This document shows positions 1 to 12,600 of a stretch of DNA of 64,000 bases, piece by piece. Each line of letters begins with the position of its first letter. Within the stretch, counting starts at the first letter, position 1. The position numbers and the translations under genes were made by a program. Source of the stretch: Tubiluchus corallicola (Eukaryota > Animalia > Priapulida); the NCBI GenBank assembly GCA_030141605.1, contig JAQGDQ010000264.1, forward strand, positions 124,001 through 188,000, given 5' to 3'. The notes under the pieces were generated by a model, which was not told the DNA's origin, searched no databases, and saw only the letters and a list, made by a program, of their open reading frames with translations.

Positions 1-606
1 GTATTTAAGTGAGACTTGTGTAATTAAAGAAAATAAGCTCAATAATGAATCTGTACTTAAGTACACACTGCACCGCATACATTTGATGCCTAAATAATAT
101 TGCCAGAGTTGCCCTTCCCAAACTGCAGAGCACTTCAGTTGTGAACTGGTTAAAATAGAAAAAAGAAATAATATAGTGATTTCAAGCAATAACATAAGAT
201 CCATATTCATAGACAGAAATACAGATGTGATGAGTGAATTTATCACTACCGTGAAAGAGCCTCTAATAATGGACATTTAATGCCAAATTAAATTAACAGA
301 TTGATTCTCTTTATATAGGGTATTAATAATTTCATTTTGTTTTAATGCTATGGCACTTAACAGAGAGAGATATTAAACAGATAGAAAGAAAAACCTGCAT
401 AATTAGCTTCTTATTTAATACTACCTGCTTGATTTCCTTGTTCAGGTTCTGTTTCTTGCAGTTTGATTTACAATACGATGCTTTATGCCAGCATAATCTT
501 TATTATAACGTTGACGTATTACACAGAGTTTTCTCTAGTGACAATTAAAATCTGCAAGTTCTTTTTAAAAAAAGTTTCAACGTGGATTTTATATTGTTGT
601 TTCTAG

Positions 607-676
607 TGTGGTTAAAGAGGAAATAATCGATGAAGAAACGAAGTTACCATGCTTCAATGGTCGAGTAGTATCTTGG
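607..676 (+). CDS. DVL: Dishevelled exon, C-terminal part of DIX domain
   Basis: ttctag|T GTG GTT AAA GAG...TCT TGG|gtaagt; [23 protein letters not shown]; starts phase 2, ends phase 0. Confidence 0.95.
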
Positions 677-3600
677 GTAAGTAGTTCATACATTCACTCC
701 CTGTTTTCTTTTAAACTCTACAAAAATGTAGCTGCCGCTGTGTGTTTGCTATTTTGGCTTCGTGCATTGGGGCTGGTGGCCCCGCTCACTGCCTGTTATT
801 TGCACGGCACGTTTGATATAATATACATAATAGAGCCAATTACCCGCACAACATACACCCAGCTTTTATATCTAATTGTTGAAAGCCATTTGCTGGAGAC
901 CAATTTATAGGGGCTAAGTAGATTGTTGTTGAACTGAGACTTGGGATCGCTGGAGACATGATGACTGGTGAACTACTGCCCGTGCCAGGATAACGAAAAA
1001 CATCTGCTGCGCAAGCAAAAATAAAGTAAATGTTTGGGAGGCGGTTAAACATTTACTGCCAAATTTACGAAATCCGAAGGCTCAGCTGCTCATGGGTTTT
1101 CCTTGATTTGAGTTCGATTAGAATTGAGCAATACCTGATGTTTTGCATGTTAACTACTGAGCTCGACTACTACAATTTTTTCCAAAAATAGCCCACTAAA
1201 GTCTTTTTCTTTCTTGCTCTTAAACATATGTGCTAACATTTCTTTATATTTTTATAGGATTTATAAAAATCCGTGCAGAGTAATGGTTAACATTACATAT
1301 TATGTTACTGCTTCTATAAATACGTACAATACATAACAGTGAATATAGGCCTACAGCGAAAATAGCAATGGAATTAACAGATTCTGTTCAGTCTGCAGCC
1401 TCATAAAGCGGCGAAATTTTAGTTAGCTATAATATAGCTGTATCGATTACACTAGCAAATTTAAGTTTGTTATTTCCGCTTTTCTCTTGGGTCCTTGTTA
1501 CAAGTTGTAAATTTCAACTCAGTGCTGTAAGACGGTCTTTTAGCCCGACCACACAGCTGCTACATGCTTTACAGAAGAAATGCATCCTCATCAACCACTG
1601 AACATCAGCTTCCTGTTAATTATGACTTTGCTGTATATACAATTGTATATAACCCGAGTATGAGGAGCTCTCTTGCATCCTGTCGTACTTCTGGTCACTG
1701 TGTAGAGAAGGAATGATCGGACAGAATCATTAAAGTTGTGGGTTGCCGTTTAACGAATACATAAACAGAGTATCGAAATTTTTATTCCTGGCAGACAACT
1801 AAAAGGGAGGTAAAACAAACTGTTCACACTATTGACCTGTAAGCCTTTTAAATGCAGTGGGAAGTGTAACGAAACATTTCATTTGCAACCATATGGTGGA
1901 TCTTATAGCTACATACAATATAATGTGTGTTGAACAGCATGGTTATTGGTTTTATTAAAGGAAAAACAACTGTTACACAACTCCTTGAATGCTATGAAGA
2001 ATGGTTTCATTTGCGAGATGAGGGGCGCTCTCTACACATTATTCTGTTGGATTTGCTGAAGGCTTTTGATGCAGTCCCCGCATCGTGTTCTTTTAATGAA
2101 ACTGGAAATCGTACGGCATTGATGACAACATTTTACAGTGAATCGAGGAGTTCTTACATGATCATCATCAGTGCAATGCAGTGGATGGCTGTGTCTTCAA
2201 CTTCTTGTATATCCAGCAATGTACCTCAGGGATCGGTGTGGGTCCTTAGCTTAGGTGATTCGAAACTGTGGAGTATAGCTGACACAGAGTTAAACTGTAA
2301 ACAATAACTGATAAAACATAACCATCACCAACAAAGATTACTTTAGATTTTGCAGAATGGAATCTCATTCCATTCAGATTTGCCCACAAGGAAAGTAAGT
2401 CAAGATCACACAGCAGTTGTTTACAGTTTAACTCTGTGTCAGCTATACTCCACAGTTTCGAATCACCTAAGCTAAGGACCCACACCGATCCCTGAGGTAC
2501 ATCGCTGGATGTACAAGAAGTTGAAGACACAGCCATCCACTGCATTGCACTGATGACGATCATGTAAGAACTCCTCGATTCACTGTAAAATGTTGTCATC
2601 AATGCGGGCAACTGTGGGCAAATCTGAATGGAATGAGAGTCCATTCTGCAAAATCTAAAGTAATCTTTGTTGGTGATGGTTATGCTTTATCAATTGGCTG
2701 ATGAAAATCATGCACCAATTTCACTAATCTATTCATCGTCTGAGCATGACTTGTGTTTAATTGTAGCCTTTGAACAGAAATTTAAAGCACATATATTCGA
2801 ACTAATTAAAAAGGTGAAGCAGATCTTAGTTGAAGGATCAGTGTTGCACCAGCTTTGTACAAAACATAAAACTGGTTATCATGATTTTATTTCGTGTACG
2901 ATTCTGCCTATTTTGAATAAGCTTCCTGCGTCAGTTAGACTTTCATCATCAGTGAACATTTTGAAAAATTCGTTAGATGAACACATTAGAGAGGACCCGC
3001 TGAAATATGATCATCGAACTTTGTTATCCATGCCACCTTCACATATGCTTCATCGTATATTATACTAAATCAGTGTTCTGTATGCTACTTATAAATTTGT
3101 ATTGTTAACCATGTGTTCTAAAGGTCTTCGGAACTACATGAATAATAAACTGTACTACTGCAAACTAATGCTATTTTAGTGCTAAGTCATGCATTAAATT
3201 TAGTAAATGAACGCACTCAAAAATTGTGCTTAAATTTGCTTAACTGATGAAGGGAACAGTAGTTTCCCGAAATGTCGTTAACGTACATATAAATATTGTG
3301 ATGAAACACTGCTTTATGCTTTAATATGGATACATAACACCACTGTGACCACATGTCATTTTTAAGTTCAATCATTGCTATCCATTTCTGTGCTCATTGG
3401 GAAAGTTATAAACCTTATAGGGCTTAATGATCGCACTCTATAATGAGAAACTGATATGTATTATTTACTGTTGCTGAAATTCTTCAAACTAACTTTTTCC
3501 CCGAAGAAGTCGAAAAGTCGGCAGTGAAATATATTATTAAAGTTTCATTTCAGTCGCTTGCTTATTTCTAAATTGCACAGTCTTCTTTCTAAATTTGATT

Positions 3601-6600
3601 TGTTGATTTTGATGTTCTTGCTTTTGCCTGTGCTGGTTTCAAAATTTAGCACAATTCATTTTACTTAATTTTCTGCCTTTAATTTTAACGTTCGAAGGTA
3701 AATTTTTAATTTTGGTTACTGAAAAATTGATACCAAACTTGTCCAAAAACGAGTGCATATGCTTAAAATTTCAAAAAAAAGTTTAGAGCAAGTCTTTTTG
3801 CATTTAGTAGCTTTTAGTCAGAGTTATTCAAGCTGGAAATGAAAAAATAGCACTGCAAGTTGAAGACGTTTGTGACTAATGATGCACCATGGACACCATC
3901 CATTTAATTGATGTTGAAACAGTCATCATTGGTGTCAACATGCATTATGGGAGGCGGAGATGATAACGGTTGATTTTCTCCCCTGGAGCGATAACACTTG
4001 ACACTTCTTTTATCATACTTGTCAAAACAGTCAAGTCTAACAGAAATTGCAATTTTTCTCCTATATCTTGTTACTTGTCAGTTCGCATCCAACTCTTTTC
4101 TCATGCGGCTGTGTTGGGTTTTGCAGCTTGTAGCATCTGAACAAATACCGAATGAACGGATGGAGTTGTAGAATTATACATCACAAAGGATGGACGGGTT
4201 AAAAACGTTTGCGTTTGCACTTTACAGGAAAACTATGAAATTCTTTCTACAGCTTAGATGTTGTTAGCAATAACAGAACATACGCTGTGTGAGAATTTGT
4301 AAGAAATTCAATTTGCTACAAAGGCGTTTTTGCCACACAATTTAAACCACCTTAGAAGTGTTCCAGTTGAGTCACTTCTTCTACTATAAGATGAAAGAAA
4401 TTACAGAGATAGTAGAACGGCAATGATTAGGAATTAAAACGAAAATGTTTCCCCTAAAAATCGTTAGATGACCTCGTGGTAAATGTCTTTTCATACGCGC
4501 CTGTTGTTAGGCAAACGCTTGTTAACAAATTCTTCTAAATGCTTTTATTGATAAGTAAATGGTTTTTAAAGTAATGTCTGAGTTTGGAGGGACCTAAGAT
4601 GCGGATGCCCTGTTTAAGGGCTCTGTAGATTGGCAAATTTAGGATTCATTTTGCCGTTCGACAGTGGGATTAATTGTGAAGCCATTTCGTATATAATACG
4701 CCTTGCCAGTGACCGCGTGCGACCTTGAAATCATCGCTTGTTCTCAATGTGACTCGCAGTTCTCCATTATAAGGGATTATACGACGATATAGTTTTCTGT
4801 AGTCATTTCCCTCCCGGTGTCACCAATAATGTATTTAACGAAAGTGTAGTCATCATGATTCGTCTAGCTTGTAGTAACAGTACTGGACTTGGCTTCATCG
4901 TGTCACCCATCTGTGACTTCATTGTGCCTCCCATCTGTGTCGAATTATCACCATTTCCTGCAACTCTCCGAGTCATGTACTGGAGAGTTGTTGGATGACG
5001 GTTGTTGAAATGTGGTTGAATAATTTGATGGAAAAGATTTGCACAATCTGCTGGTGCAGCACTCATTCGGAAAGTGCTAATAATAATGTGTGTCCATACT
5101 GTCCGTTTATGAACTTGTCACTGTAATTCAAAATATGTATCTTAGCTTTATAGTTATACGCGATGAAATTTAATGTAATCATGACCAGGTTAACATCAGT
5201 TTTACCCACTCTGATTTTATTTACAATCGTTCTGTTTTTAGTGTTGTCCCAACAGTCGATTCTTAATCTCATAATTCAAATGTTTTATATACATTGAATT
5301 TACTTGTACACTCTATTTCTGGAACGTCTGTATAATTGTTTTTCATCATCGCAATTTAGAATTAATTTGATTCTAATCGCCCTCCTGCCACTCACGCCTG
5401 TACCTTGTCTAACGTAAATGATGTGGGTTGAATTAACAGGTTTGTAGTTTTTTTTATCAAAGTATCTTCATGACAACAGCATTACACTAAGTTATCCACA
5501 ATGTCACTGTGTCACTAATATGTTTCTCTGAAGCTATGTGATGACCAACTCACTAAGAAGCCATGTCAGTTTATATAACTCGTCGTCGTTTAACAATCTG
5601 ATCTCGCTTTTACTGGGACTTTTTTGTTTGTAATCCGGTGCATTGGATTAGCATCTCAGTCATCAGGTTGGCTGATGTTCAGTTACACTGCCCCTCCTTG
5701 AGCACACGTCGCTTAGCAAGAACACGTGTGAGGGTGTGATGGCAGACAAATGTGTTTGAAATTGCAAACTGTAGAATTGTGTCACCCATTTCTATGAATA
5801 GCTAGGGTTCTGAAAATTCTTAATCGCTAACCTACATTAGTTCACTTTTAGCGTACATTATTAGTAAATAGCAAGATGTCTCACATTAATAAATACTGTA
5901 TTACCCCCATTTTCTCAGCGAGTTAAGGTTTACGAATAACTAGAATAAATGATTTGCCCTATTGGGTGAAAAGCATTGGAAGTGGCTTCGTTATCAGCCT
6001 TCACAGTTCATTTTCTCTCTGTGCGAATCTTTTCCTCTTCGGCTTCACTTCTACAACATGTTGATTCTAGTTACCGCTAAGTTAATAACTCGTATAAATT
6101 ACCTGCGTTGATTTGTACTCAGACAAGAAAACTCACTTTACGTTTTCTCTTATTTGCGTGTGTGATTGCAGGAAGACGTGGTCATTTGCATCAGTTATAT
6201 TAACAGTCGGTTTATGCTGAATGATGAGTGTTGTCATTAGCTTGGCAAGTCTCAAGTGTATCCTGTTTTCCTAGCAAATCCAAAAAATTCCACGCAGATT
6301 AAGATGTATAGATATTATTTGCAAGTTGGGTCAGTGCAAGCACCAGCCACTCAACAGCTGCTGCACGATGAATTCCTGTTTCACAATAAACGATGATTCG
6401 TTTAAATATGTAAGACGCGCAGATTCTTTGCGTGTTTCGTACGTGTTAGTCACAAACGTACACGTTCATACACTACGAGTGAGTAAATAGAGGCTGCAGT
6501 AGTTCAAACTGATGAGTTACTGTAGGTGTCATAGCCCTTATGCTTTACACTAGTAGTATACATTAAAGGAAGCCCGGCCTCAATCTTAAGCTATAGTCCA

Positions 6601-9600
6601 AAACAAATCTACTCTGTTAGATAGTGAAAGGAATATACAATTTTTCAAGAGTGACTTACGTGAAAAAATTATTACCACAGAAACGTAACTTCGCGTTCCC
6701 CGCCATTAGTTCTTTGTGGTTACATGCATTTCGCCATTCGCTAGTTAGACGGGCACTAGCACCTGCATCTCGGAAACGCTTTGCCAGAAAACACCTCTCA
6801 GTTCAGAAGTGTTTGGTTGTGACGTAGTGCACGCGTGAGCGCAGCGATAAACATGAAATTTGAATTTTACCGAGGTTTTTGTGTATCACGCTGAATGTTG
6901 TACAGTATCACTGTACTTTGCTTTCACAAACACTTGCAACACGCTTATGGAATGCTTATGCTGTTCATTTGTGATTTGATCGCTATCACTAGCAGGGCTC
7001 CTTCATTAATTAAGTTTTTAGCCTATTATTTAGTTATCAGAAACTCTACCATTAATATTGGTGTTAAAATGTATATTTTCTTTACCATACTTCAAAATGG
7101 GATGTGATATGAAAAATCGTCCTGTTTTCCTTATATGTGTGCAGCAAAGGATACTTTGAACTACTCATCTGTTCGTTACTTAAGGTTTTGTAAAATATCC
7201 TGCAAGAATTGTAACAGTATCAAGACATGGCTTTAAACGAGTTTAACTGCTACCTCACATCCTTCCCCGTATCTGTAAGTTGCATAAAAAGTTAGTTGCA
7301 AAATTCTCACACTATTAAACAAAACATAACAGATTTGTGTACATTTTTAAATCTTAACGCTTCATTTATTGGGAAACGGAAAACAGGCAATTGTTTCATT
7401 AGCTCTACAATAACAATTTCTGAGTTTTAACACAGGCCACACGTGGCTGCCATACAGGTCGCGCGTGTTTGGTCAAAACGGCCTCATCGCGAAATAAAAC
7501 AGATGTACTGATTGTACTTCCATGTACTAATTCACACATCCATCATCTTTTCCCTCCTTCTTTCTCTATTTTCTCCTTTTAATTAAATTTTCACTTCCAC
7601 AGTGCCCTTATAAGTGCCTTTTCAGTAATTCCTGGGCAATTACTGTTATTATGTATATTGGTACGATTGGTGTTAGTGTAGCTGACTGTGTATAATATGT
7701 GCTTAAATGTAATGAAAAAATTGCAAAGTAACTGTAATCTGTGTTTTGCTGAAAATCAATCAATCGTGAGTCTTAGTTTCTCATAAATCGAGGCACCTAT
7801 GATTTTTCAGTACTTATAATAAACGGTTAAATGATTTTGTGATACTGTGAGTGTTTCGAGAAATCTTATCCAGAACCCTTTATAAATATTGTGTTAAATT
7901 GCCTGCCACAATTAAATGCAAACTGTTTTCAAATTATGACATACATAATTGTACGTATCCGCGGCTTTGTAGTACTTTACTGCCCAGTTCGCGGTGAGCA
8001 GTTTTATAGACTCTGTGTTACACTTCTGATCAAGTCAAATCAATGCTTTTGAATGCTATATAAAACGAACAAAAACGATGTTGATTAAAATTCATAAAAT
8101 TTGTGATGATGAACTTGGCGATTTATTAGTGGAATGAAAGAAGGGGCAGTAGCAAAAGAAAAATGAATTAAATCAATTTGTACAGGTGGTCACACAGTAT
8201 TACTGAAAGAAACAACTTTTATTAAAAACCATAAAATCATGCAATACGTTACGACTGCAGAGTCTAGCAGTCGTCCTCAGTGTTATAAATTACACAAACA
8301 GCAACCAGTTTTATAGGCAAAACCTACAGTACATGAAAAATCACTAGTTACGTAATATGTATTTATATAGAAACCGAAGATGTAGTTAACCAGACCTATA
8401 GAGAGGAAGATAATTCCCGTAAATTAGTTTTCAAACATATTTGTTTTAAACACTTTAATGAAAGTTGTTTCGTTCAATAAAAATAATTTTTTATGTCTAC
8501 GTGTATGTAGCAGAGATGGACGGTAAAGCTTTTAGAAGACAGTGGATGTGGTAAATCTTCTAAGTTCCCATGTTTTTAATTTTTCACATTGAAAAATAGA
8601 CTTCCATTGAAGAAATAATTAATAAAAATTCCAAAGTACTGAAAAACTTTCAAGCAGCACGATGTTCTGTGGGAATGGCACCTTTCACAATGCTAACATT
8701 AGTTCTAACGTTTAAACATGGTTGTGATGCTCTGACTTCTATCAATTAAACACGATCCAATTCCATTAATGTCCCTCATTAATCACCGTAGCCGGCTGCG
8801 TTTTCCTGTTTAGTGGCATCATTAGATATGTTATAGTTTATGCCGCCTGTCCTTGTTGTTTTGCACAACTTCCGTTTCGTTAACGCAGTAATTTTCAGCT
8901 TTCTGTCAGTTGTGTTTGCTAGAACTGCCTTGTATGCGAATTTACAGCAGCCTTGACTAAAGCATAGTTCATACACCTGCAACTATTGAGACTGATGCTG
9001 GACCAAACTGATTTTAGTATTTTTTGAAGATTCCCTGCTCTATTAATCGAATGTGAAAACGTGCATCAATTTAAATACAATAATTTTGTTTCGAGGAAAA
9101 AAATTAAGAGACATTTTCTCTTTAGTCTATGGTGAAAATGTCTGTTTGCGAAAATCACTTTCATCAGCTAATTACCTTTGCTTTTTTTAAACCACACTTT
9201 TCTCTAAAAAATGTTTAGTTATTTTTAGAAATTGTTTGACAAATTATAGTTGTGAAAGTTAGAATAAAGCTTATATAATCAAAGCAAGTCTCTAAGAACA
9301 AGACTGTTGACCTGCAGAAATGTCTATGCCACATCACATACACTATAATCAGCATGGTGAATAAAACTTTCTAGAGAGAGTATTGAATTTTATCAGTTAA
9401 ATCCATCCATTTGCAGACCAGCCTGGGCATAGCTTAATTTCGGTGCTAAGCATATATTATAACCAATCAGTAGGTCTATTCCCTTTCCTCTAGAGGTTTT
9501 CATGGTTAACATAACTAATTTCAATATATCAGCAGCTTTGAAGTAAATCTGTTATGATGTTTGAAAGCGGGAGGTCTCATACTAGCTAGCTCTGCAAATT

Positions 9601-12600
9601 TTAAGCTCTCTTTTCTCTGTAACTTTCTTTTTTATGCCGTGAAAACAGCAGGTAGTATCCTTACTCGTTTTGTATGGTAATAGCCTCGAATATTTCTCTC
9701 TTTTTTGCCGACAGTTGGCGCTGTGTGTGCTAAAATATTCTCTGAACTATATAATTGTAATAATTATAAACTTTATAATGTTTCATCTTACTGTATATAA
9801 AACTGATTTACTACGCTAGCTAAGTAGTAGTATAGCCGTGTAAATCAAGTCTGTCTTGCGTTGTAATTTTTACTTTATAATCAACTGTTTGCAGCAGGGA
9901 GAAATTTCCCTCGAGAGTTGCTACTTGCTGCAAACGCAGCCGCTTTCTTACAATTCGGTTTATATGTAAACTGTGTCTTTTGAGACAAAAACGGCTGTAA
10001 TAAAATCTTATGACAGTGACATTGTTGTATTGTAATGGCTTAGATTTTCCCAGTAAAAGTTGTATGTTACAAATTTAAGCAAAAAACTTGATGTACAAAT
10101 TTCTGTATAAAATTATAGGAACAATTCCGCGCTTTTGCATGTTTTCGGAATTTCATGTAGTTCGCCTCATCATTCATTTTTCTGAGTGCTAACAGTAAAA
10201 AAGTTCGAGGCATTGTAGGTAACAATGTTAAGACTTACTAGTTACTCTTATTAAATTGGGAAATAGTCAGAATAGGCAAAATAGATATCAATTTCGTTAA
10301 CTGCATCTAATTATGATGATAGCCGTTATTTAATCGCGCACATCAAAGTTCAACTGAGCTGGGCGTGCTCATAGAGTTATGGACATGCTGTAGTGTGCTG
10401 CCACCTGGTTTGCTTTCTGCGTAATAATTCAATCAAGCGTGCGTGCACACTACTTTTGTTTCTAGTACACGCTCAAGCGGCATGCATTCAGCACGTTTTC
10501 AAATGATACCAGGACAGGCACCTAATCACCCGGTTTGATCGCCTTTTCTATATCAATATCGCACGTTTTAATTTTGAAATTTTATTTTGCTTCAAAAAGA
10601 AAATTGTTACCCATTTGTCATGTTTTGAGATTATATTTTGCTTTTTAGATTTTTAGTTATGTGTTATTACTAGTTTTGCAGTTATTAGTTAAAAACTCAA
10701 GAACTTTTTTAATTTACCTTTACTTTACTTTACTTAGATTATTAAAAACCTTTGAGTTTTTCAAAATTAAGTAATTTTTTGTCAGTCAAATCCTATTAAT
10801 TTAACGTCCTTTAACTTGGAATGGCAGAAATAAGCTAGTTACGCAAACTATGCAAACAACAAAGTATGTCGTTTGTGATTAGTTTGCTGTGCTTGAATTT
10901 TGAAATAAGCTAAATTTTCAATTCAGAATGATATTTTAAAATTTCATGTTCTTATGATTAAACATGCACAGTTTGATAAGCAACTAGCACCTAAAGTTTT
11001 GGCATCTCCCTATTACTTGTAATTAAAGGGGCAGTATAATAACTGTGTTAGGTTTTCACAGTAACTCTTGGGTCACGATTGGATTATTAAATTAACAGAG
11101 GGTTTAAGCTGGTGGTTAGTTGGTTATCAAAAGGAACATATCTGGTGTCGTAATTGATTTCACATTGTGTTGACTGATGGTACAATTTTTTGATGGCAAA
11201 CTGTTCAGTTTTGCACTTGCCCAAAGTTCAGAGTATATTCTAATGTAGGTAGGACATCAAGAGGTTCAGTTCTTATACAGCCTGATCAACAGATCCACCG
11301 TGTTAATTTATTCTGCCTGTCATGTCGAATTATTACGCAAGTGTTCATCGGTTAAAGCAGTAATGATACTTGCGTTAATTACAAGCTTTAAGAAGTTGTT
11401 CTTTGTCGTTTCCTCTTCTATCTTGAGCCTTTGTTGTGTGTATTTTCTCGACCCAGATTCTTTCTGTTCGTGTTTCTGCATAAGCTGCCGGCGAACTGAT
11501 GTGAGAACGTTCGCGAAACTAAGTCAATGACAGTGTTATGATTATGGAATGCTTTTAGAGCAAAGCTCTATAATTATAATGTGCTACTGCATTGTGCTAA
11601 TTTTAATTGATTGCGGTTTTAGCTTATTTTAGCTTGAGACACTTGCATGTTAGGCAACTTAGGATTGATATAAGCGAGATATCTCTTAGAGTCTCGGATC
11701 TCTGGTACCAGACAAGTAAGGGTAATGCAGAAATGAGGCAACCTGCGAAGTCCAACGAAGTTCTTCAACAAAAGCAATAGAACCAGCCAGAAAATCTGTA
11801 GGAGGACAAATGTTAACATATTTATATTTTGCACAGAATGATTTAAACACTTCAGTACTGATCCTTAGAGATAGCTGCACTTCAGGGGTGAGTGAGTAGA
11901 TGACCTACGGTCTTTCCTCGCCCCATCTCCACTAACAAAGTTACTTTTTTTGTAAAACGAAAATTTGTGACACAAATTGGAGAAAAATAAATGTCTGTGT
12001 CTATTGGTCCATTGCAGAGAGTAGGGAGTGCTGGCATTAATAATTATGTCCCTGGACGTATTAATCTATGGACGACGACCACGACGGCTATCTGTGAACG
12101 TTTTGGGTATCTGATTTCTGAGAGTAAAATGTGTGCCACCGACTAGAAAAGCGTAGATTATGGGGAATACTGCTTTGCAATGCCTCTATGGTACAATGGT
12201 TAGCATAGCTGACTGGAAACCAGAAGGTCTCGAGTTCGAGTCCTGGTAGAGTGATAAATTTTCTAGACGTTCTAATTTAATCTAATATTGCTTTCACGCG
12301 TTTATTTGATTTTTACTGATTACTACGTAGGTTTTCTCAAATAGGTCAAACCAGAGATAAGTTTAAGTATTGTTAGAAAGTATTTTAGATTTTTATTGTA
12401 CACATTTGTGCACCGTTTTCAGAATTAGACCCTGTTTCACACTTTCAATTAGATTACAGCGTTCTAAAAATTAAATGGTAAGTGTGACGTTACATTTTGA
12501 AGCCGTTTATCAGTTTTCATTTTTTAACTTATCGTGTGCTTATTGCATTTAGCTTTGTAACTGAAAGTATATATATATATATATAATTACTTACTTTCTT

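Larger units (their letters stand above)
1800..3150 (+). mobile_element. Decayed CR1-type LINE, reverse transcriptase to 3' end, with an internal inversion-duplication
   Basis: [55 protein letters not shown] and [19 protein letters not shown] motifs with frameshifts; AATAAA near 3144; boundaries approximate. Confidence 0.85.

Noticed and set aside
677-910. Continuation of ORF 608-910 and similar run-ons after other Dvl exons
   Set aside because: Intron read-through past consensus GT donors; similarity to Dvl stops at the donor
4803-5272. Minus-strand ORFs with a 24-bp degenerate tandem repeat near 4893-4939
   Set aside because: Probably a transposon remnant, but I could not assign a family or domain
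6172-6240. Possible terminal exon [22 protein letters not shown] after gattgcag
   Set aside because: Phase is compatible but there is no other support; such acceptors are frequent in a 17.9-kb intron
6509-6535. CTGATGA motif
   Set aside because: No stem II or GAAA box follows, so it is not a hammerhead
11300-11520. Minus-strand frame resembling a hAT transposase N-terminal region
   Set aside because: Similarity too weak to call without a profile search
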